Part shown: one piece after another, positions 37,767 through 48,303 of the stretch
Layout: each line of letters begins with the position of its first letter
How positions within the stretch are numbered: position 1 is the stretch's first letter
Virus record (IMG/VR): IMGVR_UViG_3300017960_000001
Location: 1 to 64,000 of that record
From: a virus
DNA: 64,000 bases
Direction: 5' to 3' (one strand)
Notes under the pieces: model-generated
Seen by the model: only the letters and a program-made list of their open reading frames with translations
What the model was told of the DNA's origin: nothing
Database searches by the model: none
Position numbers and translations under genes: made by a program

Positions 37767-40046
37767 ATGGCAACCGGACGATCAAGAGTCACTTCGAAAT
37801 TCCGGCAGGGTACGCGCAACGTTACCGGCCTGCCGACGAGTCAAGGCGGGGTGGTGGCGATTACCGAGCGGGGCCCGGTCGGGCAGCGGACCGCGGTCAC
37901 CTCGGCGGAATCTTTCAAACGGACATTCGGCGGCATCACCGAGGAGGGCACGCTGGCCCACCTCATGGAGGCGTTCTACGCCCTCGCACCCGGCGCCGAG
38001 CTTTACGTGACGCGGACCTGTCACTACACCGACATCACCGACCCGAACAGCTTCACCGCGGTCGCGGCGACGCTCATGCTCGACACCGCAGGGGCGTTCG
38101 CGTCTGCCGCGTCGGTCGACGGTACGATCGCCGGGCCATGGAACCTGCTTCCCGCGGCGCCGGACATGGACATCACGACCAACCTCGGCGGTCCGAACAG
38201 CGCGCAGATTACCTACGCCCCGGCCGCGTTCTCGAGCTTCGTCGTGTTCCCGATCGCCCCACTAGCCGGTGGCGAGAACATGACGATCGACACCGGCGAC
38301 GGCAACGGGCCGCAGACGATCACCGCGGCCGGCGGCGAGGTGTCGTTGCTGGACATGATAAACCTGATCAACGGACAGCTGCTCGGCGGTGCCGCGAAGG
38401 ACGTTGGCGGGCAGCTGACCGTCGAAACCGATCAGCACGGTTCCGGCGCCACGCTGACCTTCGCCGCGGGGGCCCCCGACCTCGCCGTGCTGCTGGGGTT
38501 GGCACCGGCGGTGCACAGCGGAACGGGCAACGTCGTCGACGCATCGGCCGCCACCCCGGCCGAGTTGGAGACGATCATCGAGGCCGCTGACGGCAACGTC
38601 GCTGTGACCGTGAACGGGGACGACACGATCACGATCGCCACCGTGGCAACCGGCGCCACCGCGACCTTGCAGATCGGCGCCGGGTCGCCGGATCTGTCAA
38701 CCATCCTCGGGATCGACAACGTGCTGCACTCCGGCTCGGACGCCGCGGCGCAGAACACCCTCAAGGTCGACGGCAAAACCCCCGGCACCTATGCGCACGA
38801 TTTGGAGATCCTGATCGCCACCGCGAGCAACGGCAACGCCGATTACTTCGACCTGTCGGTGATGAAGGACAGCGTCGCGCAGGAGGTGTTCAAGAACGTC
38901 ACGATGGACACCTCGGCTTTGCGCTACGTCGAGACGGTGATCAACGCGGCCGGGATCGGGTCGGACCTGATCGCGGTCACCGATCAGGGAGTCGGTGCGC
39001 CATGGTCGGACGCCAAGCCCGCGAGCGGGACGACCGGTCCTCTCGCCGGAGGCGACGACGGCCTCACCTCGCTGGACGATAACGACTTCATCGGAAGCTC
39101 GGCCGGCGCAACGGGGCTCTACTCGTTCGACACCCTCGAAACCCTCAGGCTGTACGCGATCCCGTACCGGGCGAGCACGGCGGTCCACGCGGCGATCAAC
39201 ACCTACACCGAGTCGAGGGGGAATGACTGCTACGGGTTGCACCCGACGCCGGACTCTCCGAACGACTCCGTAAACACCGCCGACCTCATGGTCACGTGGG
39301 CGCAGTCGAACACGTTCGGGCTCACCGAGTTCGCGGCGCCGCCGTGCTGGCCGTGGCCGGCGATCGCCAACCCGGACGCCGCGATCTACACCCCCTCGAA
39401 TCAGTACGTCGACGCCGACGACGACAGCTTGCTGTACGTCGAGCCGAGCATGTTGAAGATGGCGAGGTTCATCGGCAACGACCGCCAACACCCCGACGGC
39501 CTATACACCTCGGCGGCGGGCCTGGACAACGACCAGGGGATCCTGCCGATGGTCGTGGGGTTGCAGTTCTTCGACGAGGTCATGGACGCCGGCAAGCGCG
39601 ACCGGCTGGCAGACGTGAACGTCGAGCCGATCGTGAAGTTCGAGGGGACCCCGTACCATTTCGACGGCGGCGACAACTGCAAGACCACCGGCGACTGGCC
39701 GCGGCAGTGGCATACCCGCGCATCGATTCACATCGTCGAATCGATCAAGGCTGCGTGGATCGTTTACAAGCACGTGAAGAACACCACGACGATGCGACGC
39801 GAGGCTGCTCGCAACGCGGAGAAGTGGGTCAACGCAGAGGTTCCCGAGGACGCCTGGGAGACGAACGACGACGGGGCGATCGCGTACCTCGAAGAGGACG
39901 CGCCGCTGTTCTACGTCGACACGTCCGACGAGCTGAACCCGTCCGAGGTTCGGGCGCTCGGGGAGTTCCGAGCGCGGATCGGGCTCGGGTGGGCCTACGA
40001 CGCGAAGTTCATCGAGATCGAAGTCTCGCGCCCGGCGCTGCCGTAG
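37767..40046 (+). CDS. Tail sheath protein
   Basis: TERGPVG..VTS..FKRTFG, KTPGTYA, LAGGDDG..GLYSFD, C-terminal FYVD..ELNP..IGL..AKFIEI. Confidence 0.93.
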   Translation: MATGRSRVTSKFRQGTRNVTGLPTSQGGVVAITERGPVGQRTAVTSAESFKRTFGGITEEGTLAHLMEAFYALAPGAELYVTRTCHYTDITDPNSFTAVAATLMLDTAGAFASAASVDGTIAGPWNLLPAAPDMDITTNLGGPNSAQITYAPAAFSSFVVFPIAPLAGGENMTIDTGDGNGPQTITAAGGEVSLLDMINLINGQLLGGAAKDVGGQLTVETDQHGSGATLTFAAGAPDLAVLLGLAPAVHSGTGNVVDASAATPAELETIIEAADGNVAVTVNGDDTITIATVATGATATLQIGAGSPDLSTILGIDNVLHSGSDAAAQNTLKVDGKTPGTYAHDLEILIATASNGNADYFDLSVMKDSVAQEVFKNVTMDTSALRYVETVINAAGIGSDLIAVTDQGVGAPWSDAKPASGTTGPLAGGDDGLTSLDDNDFIGSSAGATGLYSFDTLETLRLYAIPYRASTAVHAAINTYTESRGNDCYGLHPTPDSPNDSVNTADLMVTWAQSNTFGLTEFAAPPCWPWPAIANPDAAIYTPSNQYVDADDDSLLYVEPSMLKMARFIGNDRQHPDGLYTSAAGLDNDQGILPMVVGLQFFDEVMDAGKRDRLADVNVEPIVKFEGTPYHFDGGDNCKTTGDWPRQWHTRASIHIVESIKAAWIVYKHVKNTTTMRREAARNAEKWVNAEVPEDAWETNDDGAIAYLEEDAPLFYVDTSDELNPSEVRALGEFRARIGLGWAYDAKFIEIEVSRPALP

Positions 40047-40069
40047 CGTAAAAGAGGAGGCAACCAACC

Positions 40070-40525
40070 ATGGCGAAGCCGAGGACCTATTACGACGCAT
40101 TCCGCTTCCGGGCGGAGATCGCGGGCGTGACCGCCGGACACTTCTGGAATGTCGGCCCGTTCAAAATGACCGTGAGCGGGGTCGAGGTTCCGGTGCCGCA
40201 CGGCGCCGTGCTCGAGGACCTTCCCGGTCAGGCGAAAATGCAGCCGTTCACCATCGAGGGACCGTTGTCCGAGTTGGTGGATCTCTACAATCTCTTCAAG
40301 CAGACGGTCGACGTGGCGACCGGCCTCGGAGAGACGGAGCCGAACCTGTATCAGGACATCGACTTCGTGCAGCTGGACCGCGACGGATCCGACCTCGAAA
40401 TCGTCCGGGTTTTCAAAGCCTGGGGTATCGATTACGAGATGACGAAGTTCGACAAAAAGGAGAACGACAAGCGACGGGAACTGCTCGAAATGCGGGGGCA
40501 GTATTTCCAGCGGCTACCCGTCTAA
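40070..40525 (+). CDS. Tail tube protein (T4 gp19-like)
   Basis: 151 aa after sheath; FRFRAEIAG..PGQAK..VQLDRDG..FKAW. Confidence 0.88.
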   Translation: MAKPRTYYDAFRFRAEIAGVTAGHFWNVGPFKMTVSGVEVPVPHGAVLEDLPGQAKMQPFTIEGPLSELVDLYNLFKQTVDVATGLGETEPNLYQDIDFVQLDRDGSDLEIVRVFKAWGIDYEMTKFDKKENDKRRELLEMRGQYFQRLPV

Positions 40526-40576
40526 CCAACGTCCACCAACTCCCAACGAGGGGCAATCGGCAGAGGGAGGTAACCC

Positions 40577-41380
40577 ATGACCCAAGGCACACTTGCCAGC
40601 GGGCTCGTCGTCGAGTTCCGCGGCACCAAAAACCGCGAGCTTGCAGCGTTCCGCAAAACCCTGGAGGAAAAGGGGCACGCGGTCGCGCTCACCGAGATGC
40701 TGAACGCTTGCACCGAGCAGGTAGTCGACCCCGGGCCGACGAACATTCTCGACGAGGACGGCAAACCAGACTGGTCGAAGGCGTTGTCCGGCGACCGGCT
40801 ACAAGCTGCGATCCTCTTGCGGATCGCGTCGTTCCCAGAGGGGCACAAGTACAAGCTGGACCTGAAGTGTCCGCGGTGTCCCGCGTCGCGTCCGTCGTTC
40901 CCGAAGGTGCTCGACCTGCGCGCGATCCCGAACGGCGATCTTCTGTGGTATCCGATGCCGGAGGAGGCGATCGAGTCGGTGCGGAAAGAGCAGCCGTTCG
41001 TGTGCACCGTCGACGGCAAGATGGTGAGCTTCCTGCTATCCGACGGGCGCATGGAGGCCCAGCTGGAAGAAGTCTCTCGGGGCGACCGGGTCGAGGACGC
41101 GGCGATCGCTCAGGCCCGGCTACGGATCACCGAGGTGGAGGACGTGCACGCGAACGACGTGCACCGGTGGCTCGGTGATCTGACCGTGGCCGAGTACGAG
41201 GTGCTCGAGGATGCAATGGACGCGGTCGAGGGAGGCGTCGACATTGCGATCGAGGCGGTGTGTCCCGAGGGTCACGAATTCCAGGCCGCGGTCCCTTTCG
41301 ACGTGTCGTTCTGGCGGCCGCAAGAGGGGATGCGGAATCGGCGGAAGGAGAGGCTGGCCGCAGCGCGATCTGGGGTGTGA
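40577..41380 (+). CDS. Tail assembly chaperone (T4 gp26-like, Cys motifs)
   Basis: LSGDR..LRIASF..CPRC..CPEGH..VPFD.SFW; lies between tube and tape measure. Confidence 0.7.
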   Translation: MTQGTLASGLVVEFRGTKNRELAAFRKTLEEKGHAVALTEMLNACTEQVVDPGPTNILDEDGKPDWSKALSGDRLQAAILLRIASFPEGHKYKLDLKCPRCPASRPSFPKVLDLRAIPNGDLLWYPMPEEAIESVRKEQPFVCTVDGKMVSFLLSDGRMEAQLEEVSRGDRVEDAAIAQARLRITEVEDVHANDVHRWLGDLTVAEYEVLEDAMDAVEGGVDIAIEAVCPEGHEFQAAVPFDVSFWRPQEGMRNRRKERLAAARSGV

Positions 41381-41676
41381 ACGAAGCGATCCGGGTCAGC
41401 TGGACCCGGGCCCTAGCGACCGTCGTCGGCGCCGAGCCTCTGTTCGAGTTGTTCGACGAGATGGAGGTCGCAAAGTTGCAGCTGGAACTGTCCTACACCT
41501 CGCCGCTCGGCGGTGGCGGGATCATGAGCTACGCCGAGGCGGGCGAGCTTTCAACGCGGGAGAGTTTCGTAATCCTCGACGTGCTCGCCGACCGGCGGGA
41601 GGCCGAGGCTGACCTGTCCGTGCGACCGTTCGAGTACGTGGTGAAATCGATCGCCAAGATGTTCGGAGGTCGGTAG
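41377..41676 (+). CDS. Second tail chaperone (possibly expressed by -1 frameshift)
   Basis: -1 frame is open from 41260; GTGA overlap; slippery C CCT TTC at 41293-41299. Confidence 0.6.
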   Translation: MNEAIRVSWTRALATVVGAEPLFELFDEMEVAKLQLELSYTSPLGGGGIMSYAEAGELSTRESFVILDVLADRREAEADLSVRPFEYVVKSIAKMFGGR

Positions 41677-44226
41677 GTGGCTAGCTCGTTCAAGACTTTC
41701 TTCGACGTAATCGGCCGCGACCTTGCGACTCCGGTTTTCGCCAAGGTCGGCGCCGGCCTCCGCGCTCTCCAAGGACAATCGGCCGCGGCCCAAAAGACTG
41801 CGATGGGGGCCGGGGCGGCGACGGCCAAAGCTCATAACATGATGGCAAAATCGTTCTCGACCATGGCGGTCGGGGGCGGTTTCCTCAGTGTCGGCCGCGG
41901 GCTGATCGACGCCCTAGGCAGGACCACCGAGATCGCGGGCGAGTTCGGGCTCGGACTCGCGGCCGTCGGTGCCGTCACCCGGGCCACCGCCGACGAGATG
42001 AGGCAGCTCGAGGACGCCGCGATCCAAGCCGGTATCAAAACGCAGTTCTCGCCGGTCGAGGCGATCCAAGGGTTGCAGGACTTGGCGACCGCGGGGCAGG
42101 TTTCCGCCGACGCTATCACGTCCCTGGATCACGTCCTGAACCTCGCGGCTGGGTCGTTGGGGCAAATGACCGTGTCCGAATCGGCGCAGGCTGTGGTGGG
42201 CTCTCTGAACGCCTACGGGATGGGGGCGGAAAAGGCCCGGGTGGTCACCGACAAGCTGCTAAGGATCACGCAGCTGACGAACTTCCAAGCGCGTGACTTT
42301 GCGGTCGGTCTGTCCAAGGCGGCGGCCGCCGGTGCGACGTTCGATCAGAAGATGGACGACGTCCTGATCACGATGGGTCTGATCAGAAACAGGAACATCG
42401 ACGCCTCGGTGGCGGCGACCGCCTACCGAGCTTCGCTACGCCGGCTCGGTGCCCACCAGGGAGCGCAACAAGCTCTCCAAAAGAAGGGCATCGAGGTGTT
42501 CGAGGGCGAGGAGCGGCAGATGCGATCCGCGGTCGACATCATGCTCGACCTCGCCGAGAAAACAAAGACGTGGACCGACGAGGAACGAAACCGGATTGTG
42601 GTGCAGTCCTTCGGCGCTCGCGGGTTGTTCGCGTTCAACGCGATCCAGAAGGCAACCTATACCCGGATGATCCACGGGACCAAGGTCACCCTCGAAGGAC
42701 GCGAGGCGATCGCCGCTCTCCGCGAGGAAATGGAGAACGCCGGGGGCACCGCGGTCGCGTTCAAGAAGAAGCTGCTCGAAACCTACGCCGGCCAGAAAAC
42801 TCTCCTCCGCGGGACACTCGAAACGATTCAGGTCGTGGTCGGCAAGCCGCTCACCAAGTTGCTCGGACCTGTCGTCGGGTTCGTCACCGAGATGCTGAAC
42901 AAGTTCATCAAAGCTTGGCAGGGTCTACCCGAGCCTGTGCAGAAAGCGGTGATCGGTTTCGTGGGGATCGTCGGTGTCGTGTCCGCGATCGCCGGCGGGT
43001 TCCTCATCCTCCACGGCATCATGAACCTGCTCGGGATTTCGTTCACCGGGTTGGCGATCACGATCGGCAAGGTGCTGCTACTCGCGGGCCCGTTGGTGCT
43101 GGCGATCTCGGCCCTCGGCCTCGGCGCCGGCGGCATCATTCGAACGCTACAAAAGAACCTCGGCGGGTTGGGGGAATCCTGGGATTCAATGGCGGACAAG
43201 GCGAAGCTCGGAATGCAGGGAGTGATCGAGCTATTGCGGACCGGCGCGCTCGCAGAGGACACCTTGAAGAAGCTCGGCGAGGACCGCAACAAGGGGGTGG
43301 CGAAGTTCCTCGAAATGATGACCGGTGTAATAGGGAAAGCGAAGGCGTTTTTCAAAGGAGTTAAGGAGGGTTACGACTCCGCTCTCGCCGGACTACAGGA
43401 ACCGTGGAACCGACTGAAACAGGCGATCGAAAGTGTGTTCGGCCGGTGGTTCGACCTCACCGGTCAAGGCACCAAGTCGGTGGACGGCTGGGCGGCGAAG
43501 GGGCGCAAATTCGGAGGGGTGATCGCCGGTGCAACCGAGGGCGTGCTCGAACTGGCTACGCACATGATCGAGCTTGGCGGGCAGATTCAGGAGGCAATGG
43601 CCGACGTCACGATGGAGGACATCATAGCCGGCGCGCAGGAGTTGTTCGAACTACTGAAGCAGATCGCGTCCGCGTTGGGGACGATCGCCTCTGGTGTGAA
43701 CAAAACCGCCTCGGTGCTCGGCGGCGGCGGTGGCGAACTACGATCCGCGTTGCTCGGCGACGCCTCGGAGATGTCGCTTCAGCAGATGCACCAAGCGATC
43801 GATTTCGCGGCGACGCAGGGCGACGCGCCGCAGGTCCGCGAGGCGTGGCGGACGCAGGTCAAGGCCCTCGAATTGATGAAGCAAACCCGGGGGTTCGGCG
43901 CCGGCGAAGCTGGCGAACAGCGATACCGCAAGGCCCTCGAATCTGTGTTCCGACGTCAGGCCGCGGCGGGCTACATGATCGCCACCGGCGACGTGGAGAA
44001 AGGCACCCGGGCGCAGGACACGGTGACGCAGCTTGTCGACATGATGCTCGCCCGCCAGGCTCAGTTCTACGCGCAGCAATTGAAACGCCCTCTGAAAATC
44101 GATTTGAAGGTGGGCACCCGCGAGCTTGGAAACATCGTCACCGACCTGCAAGAGGAGGTGATCGAGGAAGGGCTCGCCGGCGGTGCGGCCGGGACGCCAG
44201 CACCGGCGCCGGCGGGAGGTCAGTAG
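41677..44226 (+). CDS. Tape measure protein (TP901 family)
   Basis: [19 protein letters not shown] core; hydrophobic middle segment. Confidence 0.92.
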   Translation: MASSFKTFFDVIGRDLATPVFAKVGAGLRALQGQSAAAQKTAMGAGAATAKAHNMMAKSFSTMAVGGGFLSVGRGLIDALGRTTEIAGEFGLGLAAVGAVTRATADEMRQLEDAAIQAGIKTQFSPVEAIQGLQDLATAGQVSADAITSLDHVLNLAAGSLGQMTVSESAQAVVGSLNAYGMGAEKARVVTDKLLRITQLTNFQARDFAVGLSKAAAAGATFDQKMDDVLITMGLIRNRNIDASVAATAYRASLRRLGAHQGAQQALQKKGIEVFEGEERQMRSAVDIMLDLAEKTKTWTDEERNRIVVQSFGARGLFAFNAIQKATYTRMIHGTKVTLEGREAIAALREEMENAGGTAVAFKKKLLETYAGQKTLLRGTLETIQVVVGKPLTKLLGPVVGFVTEMLNKFIKAWQGLPEPVQKAVIGFVGIVGVVSAIAGGFLILHGIMNLLGISFTGLAITIGKVLLLAGPLVLAISALGLGAGGIIRTLQKNLGGLGESWDSMADKAKLGMQGVIELLRTGALAEDTLKKLGEDRNKGVAKFLEMMTGVIGKAKAFFKGVKEGYDSALAGLQEPWNRLKQAIESVFGRWFDLTGQGTKSVDGWAAKGRKFGGVIAGATEGVLELATHMIELGGQIQEAMADVTMEDIIAGAQELFELLKQIASALGTIASGVNKTASVLGGGGGELRSALLGDASEMSLQQMHQAIDFAATQGDAPQVREAWRTQVKALELMKQTRGFGAGEAGEQRYRKALESVFRRQAAAGYMIATGDVEKGTRAQDTVTQLVDMMLARQAQFYAQQLKRPLKIDLKVGTRELGNIVTDLQEEVIEEGLAGGAAGTPAPAPAGGQ

Positions 44227-44229
44227 GCT

Positions 44230-44787
44230 ATGCCGGACCCCAAATTTTATAAGCGATACAAGACCGGCGACGAGGCTTGGCTGGTCGATACCGAGGGGCT
44301 GTCCGGGGTGCGGTTCCCGTGGCCGCCGAAGGTGTCAGGGCAGACGGGAGCGAACTACGAAGAGGCGGCGCCGATCGGGGGGGCCTCGGCGCACCTCGAC
44401 TTCGGCCACACCGGCAATCGGGTGGTGAACCTCGAGGCGACCTACAACCGGATCCACCTCGCACACGCTCGGCCGAACGGCAAACCCCTGACCCCGACCG
44501 AGGCGACGCAGGTTATCCTCGACCATTGGTCATATTTCGAGGCGGTGATGGTGCCCTACGAGTTGCCCGACGGATTCACCGGGGGCGAGGCGCCGTTGCT
44601 GGTGTTGACCGTTCCCGGTGTCGTCGAGATGTACTGCCGGCTCGTTTCTCTCAGCTGGGACGTGATTCGAAAAGATCCGCGGGGGCGGATCGTGCACATG
44701 GTTTTTCGGCTGCAATTCAAGGAGGATCCGCAGGTGAGGTTCACCACGCAGAGCATCCTCGAACGCGGCATCGTGAGCAGGGCGTAG
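44230..44787 (+). CDS. Tube initiator / baseplate-tube junction protein
   Basis: Position after tape measure; tube-like beta pattern ending LQFKE. Confidence 0.65.
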   Translation: MPDPKFYKRYKTGDEAWLVDTEGLSGVRFPWPPKVSGQTGANYEEAAPIGGASAHLDFGHTGNRVVNLEATYNRIHLAHARPNGKPLTPTEATQVILDHWSYFEAVMVPYELPDGFTGGEAPLLVLTVPGVVEMYCRLVSLSWDVIRKDPRGRIVHMVFRLQFKEDPQVRFTTQSILERGIVSRA

Positions 44788-44790
44788 GCG

Positions 44791-45165
44791 ATGGCATTCC
44801 GAACGGACAGCAGGTTTCGCAATAGCTACGAGACGATCGACGACGACGGGCTCACGTTCGTCGCGGAGGCGGACCCGTTCGAGTACGAGGACCTCCCCGA
44901 CAACGCGGTGCACCAAGTCGCAGAGGGCGAGACGTGGCACTCGATCGCGGGCGACCGGTTCGCGGCGTTGCTGCGTCAGCCGGAGGCGGCCCGGTTCAGC
45001 CAGCGGTTGAAACCCTCCGGGTTGTTCTGGATCATCATGGACTTCCAACCGGTGCCCTACCTCGACCCGTACACCCCGCCGGCACCCGGCACCGAGCTTT
45101 TCGTGCCGTCGGTCCGCACGGTGATCGAGCGCATCTTTGATTCCGACCGACAAAGGCTGGCGTAA
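44791..45165 (+). CDS. LysM-like baseplate wedge protein (P2 gpX / T4 gp53-like)
   Basis: HQVAEGETWHSIA..LFWIIMDF..PGTELFVPS. Confidence 0.8.
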   Translation: MAFRTDSRFRNSYETIDDDGLTFVAEADPFEYEDLPDNAVHQVAEGETWHSIAGDRFAALLRQPEAARFSQRLKPSGLFWIIMDFQPVPYLDPYTPPAPGTELFVPSVRTVIERIFDSDRQRLA

Positions 45166-46544
45166 TGGGTAGCGGCCCCGTCATCTGGCTGTCGTTGATC
45201 CAATCCGACGAGGGCGGGGACGAAACGCTCGAGCTGGTACAGGACCGGCTCGAATCCTTCACCTTCATCGACCGCGACCGGGGCAAGGATGTGTGCGAGC
45301 TTCGGTTCCGCGATCGGGACATGGCGCTGCTCGACAACCCCGCTTTCCGCAAGGGACAGAAGCTCGCGGTGACGTGGGGTTGGCCGGACAACATCGCCAC
45401 CCCGCGACGGATGATCGTGAAGCGCACAAAGGAAGTGAACCTCGTCAAGCTGCTCGACGAGTCCGTGCTGCTCGACCGCTCTCGGAAGTCCCGGGTGTGG
45501 CACGATGTCTACGACTCTGATGTGGTCTACCAGATTGCCGAGGAGAACGGCTACGAGGGGATTCTGGCGGACGTACTCCAAACGTTTGTCATCCGTCACG
45601 CGATCACGCAGGAGGGCACAGACGCCGCCCTGCTCAACCAGCTGGCGCGTCGCAACGGGTTCGTCTGGTACATCGACGCAGCCGGGCTCCATTTCCACCC
45701 TCGGCGGTGGGGCGTCGAACCGACTCACTTCTTCACCTACGTGAACGCGCCCGGGCTCGGCGACGTGCTCTCGCCGCCGGTGATTCAGGGGAATGTGCAG
45801 GACGTCTCGAAGATCCGGGTGGTCGCGCGGGACCCGATCACCAAGGAAACCGTCGAGGCCGAGGTCGGCGCCACCACCGACGACGAAACCCTCGGCGACT
45901 ACCTCGAACACTACTACTCGCTCGGCGACGACGAGGAGATCGGCGACCCCGACAACCCGGACGGGCGACGGCAAGCGAGGGCGTCGTCGAAGGAAACGAT
46001 CAACATCGGCCTCGCCACGCAGGAGGAGGTGTCGAACGAGGCCGCGGCCCGGTATTTCGAGACGGCTCAGGGACGGTACAAAATGGAGGTGACGCTGCGC
46101 GGTAACCCGCAGGTCGGGGCGAAGCAGCTGCACTATTTCAAGCTTCCGTCCGAGGCTTTCACCGGGCTATACTACTGCACCGAGGCGCGCACCGAAATCA
46201 CTCCCGGTAGCTACAAAATCATGGGGAAATACAGGAAGGACGCGCTCGGAAAGTTGGCGGCGAAGAAGGTCCTCTCGGTCGGCCGGAAGAAGAACAAGAA
46301 ACCGGCCGACGTTCCGCTCGACGAGAACGGTCAACCGGCGGACACGTCGTCCCTCGAAAAGATGCTGACGTGGGGAGAGGAGAACGGGCAACCTGTGCCG
46401 AAGTGGCAATACAAAGACAAGTCGGGGACGTCGGTCGGTAGCAGTACAGCGGTCACCGCGGCCGAATGGTCGGCGCTACCGGCGAACCAACGCGACGACC
46501 TGATCAGCAAGTCCGCGGGCGGGCTCGTCCTGCCGGGAGAATAG
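45165..46544 (+). CDS. Baseplate hub (P2 gpD / late control D-like)
   Basis: VTWGW, SDVVYQIAEENG, TDAALLNQLARRNGF..LHF, LRGNP. Confidence 0.85.
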   Translation: MGSGPVIWLSLIQSDEGGDETLELVQDRLESFTFIDRDRGKDVCELRFRDRDMALLDNPAFRKGQKLAVTWGWPDNIATPRRMIVKRTKEVNLVKLLDESVLLDRSRKSRVWHDVYDSDVVYQIAEENGYEGILADVLQTFVIRHAITQEGTDAALLNQLARRNGFVWYIDAAGLHFHPRRWGVEPTHFFTYVNAPGLGDVLSPPVIQGNVQDVSKIRVVARDPITKETVEAEVGATTDDETLGDYLEHYYSLGDDEEIGDPDNPDGRRQARASSKETINIGLATQEEVSNEAAARYFETAQGRYKMEVTLRGNPQVGAKQLHYFKLPSEAFTGLYYCTEARTEITPGSYKIMGKYRKDALGKLAAKKVLSVGRKKNKKPADVPLDENGQPADTSSLEKMLTWGEENGQPVPKWQYKDKSGTSVGSSTAVTAAEWSALPANQRDDLISKSAGGLVLPGE

Positions 46545-46547
46545 GCG

Positions 46548-47135
46548 ATGGAGCTTCCTCACTGGGGCCCCTACATGGGGACGATCCTGAAGCGGGAGAA
46601 TGACCCGGACGACGACCCGGCGACCACCTTCGCCGAGGACGATTTGATCGGCCGGATCAAGGTCAGCATCCCGGGGTGGATCGAGGAGACAGCCTGGGCC
46701 CAGCCGCTCGGATGGGGCGGGTCTGCACAATTCGGGATCAACGCGGTTCCGCCGATCGGTGCAGACGTGGCGGTGTTCTTCCCGAACGGCAAGATCGACC
46801 GGCCGCTTTGGATCGCCGGGCCGCCCGGACGGGGCGAGGTGTTTCCTGAGTTCGTCCACCCGGACGTGATGGTGATGGGGACCGAGAGCTTCCGGTTCGT
46901 GCACGACCAACGCGAGGGCCAGCGGTTCGCCGCGTTGCGGGTAATCAAAACGATCGGCGACGCCGAGGAGGCCGTCGTCGAGGTGCTGTTCAATATTGAG
47001 GAAAACGGTCTACGGGTGTTCTGCGAGTCGGCGCTCGGGCTCGAAAGTGGGAGCCTGATCAACGCCGACGCCAACGGCGGGGACATCCAGATTCGAGGTC
47101 GGAAAGTGCTGCCGAGCAGCAAGCCGATCCAATGA
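46548..47135 (+). CDS. Baseplate spike (gpV/VgrG OB-fold)
   Basis: IGRIKVSIP..WAQP..VPPIGADVAVFFPNGKIDRPLW. Confidence 0.85.
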   Translation: MELPHWGPYMGTILKRENDPDDDPATTFAEDDLIGRIKVSIPGWIEETAWAQPLGWGGSAQFGINAVPPIGADVAVFFPNGKIDRPLWIAGPPGRGEVFPEFVHPDVMVMGTESFRFVHDQREGQRFAALRVIKTIGDAEEAVVEVLFNIEENGLRVFCESALGLESGSLINADANGGDIQIRGRKVLPSSKPIQ

Positions 47136-47144
47136 GGTAGCGAC

Positions 47145-47924
47145 GTGCCAGTGTGGGCCCCCAGCGGTGACGTGATCTGCTTCCCGGTGCCGGACATCCC
47201 GAGCACCGACGACCTCTGCTTCCCGGGCGGGTTCTGCCTGTCCCACGTGTGGAACGGGATCAATCAGATTCCGAGCGCGGCCGACGTGTGGCTGCAATTC
47301 TACTCGCAGATCGGGCCGGCGATGTCATTCCTGGCTCCGTTCTTCAACGTGCTCGACACGTGCCTCGCAATCTTCCGCTGCGTGCAGGCGGTGCCCGACG
47401 CGATCACGAATCTCGACCCCACCGAGTTGTTCCAGTGTGTCCCCGAGCTTGTCGAAAAAATCAACGATCTGCTCGGGTTGATTCCCCAACTCTCGATCCC
47501 GCGAATGGTGAAACGGATCCTCGAAGGGTTGGCGACTCTGCTCCGGGCGGTCGCGTCGGACCTGCAATACATCCAACAGCAACTAGCCAGAATCGCAGAC
47601 CAAATCGATCGGGCCGCGGACCTCAACGACGTGACTATGTCGGGGTTCCTCAGCTGCGCCGAGTCGACGGTGAACGACACCACGTTGAGCACCGCCGAGG
47701 CGTTGAAGGGGATCGGCCGGATCATCCTCCTCTGCAACCTGCTAATTTCTCTGTTCGGCGGCCCAGAGATCCCGTGCTTCTCGTCGTTGTTGGAGGACCT
47801 CGACGTGCTCGACACGGTGATCGATGCGTTGCTATTGCTGGCGAATTTGATCGACGAGATCGCCGACATGATACCGGACCCGCAGCTGGCGATCACGTTG
47901 CTGCTCGAAAGTCAGGAGTGCTAG
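47145..47924 (+). CDS. Acidic, hydrophobic all-helical baseplate-module protein
   Basis: GAGGT SD; lies between spike and gp25. Confidence 0.6.
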   Translation: MPVWAPSGDVICFPVPDIPSTDDLCFPGGFCLSHVWNGINQIPSAADVWLQFYSQIGPAMSFLAPFFNVLDTCLAIFRCVQAVPDAITNLDPTELFQCVPELVEKINDLLGLIPQLSIPRMVKRILEGLATLLRAVASDLQYIQQQLARIADQIDRAADLNDVTMSGFLSCAESTVNDTTLSTAEALKGIGRIILLCNLLISLFGGPEIPCFSSLLEDLDVLDTVIDALLLLANLIDEIADMIPDPQLAITLLLESQEC

Positions 47925-48302
47925 ATGTCAAGTGACCGACACGGATTCGGGATCGCGGTTCCGCTGACCGTCGGGTCGACCGACCTGATCCTCGTCCGCG
48001 GCAACGACCTGCTCGCGTCGGCGGTGCTCATGTCGCTGTCGATCCACCGGGGCGAGCTACGCTACGACACCACAAAGGGATCGCGGCTCCGCGAGTTGAA
48101 GCACAGGCACTTCCCGGGGACCACCGGCGACGCCGTGGCGACCTCGCTTGTGTCCGAGGTGCTGACCCGCGAGGAACCGGCGATCCAAGTGTCGCCGGCC
48201 GAGGTCGACCGGGACAAGGACGAGTTCAAGGTCTTGGTGTCCTACACCGAAAAAAGCTATGATGGGGCAGACTCGCGTCGCACCGTAACCTTGGAGGTTT
48301 AG
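47925..48302 (+). CDS. gp25/GPW sheath initiator
   Basis: GIAVPL..GELRY..GSRL..L.REEP.I. Confidence 0.8.
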   Translation: MSSDRHGFGIAVPLTVGSTDLILVRGNDLLASAVLMSLSIHRGELRYDTTKGSRLRELKHRHFPGTTGDAVATSLVSEVLTREEPAIQVSPAEVDRDKDEFKVLVSYTEKSYDGADSRRTVTLEV

Positions 48303-48303
48303 C

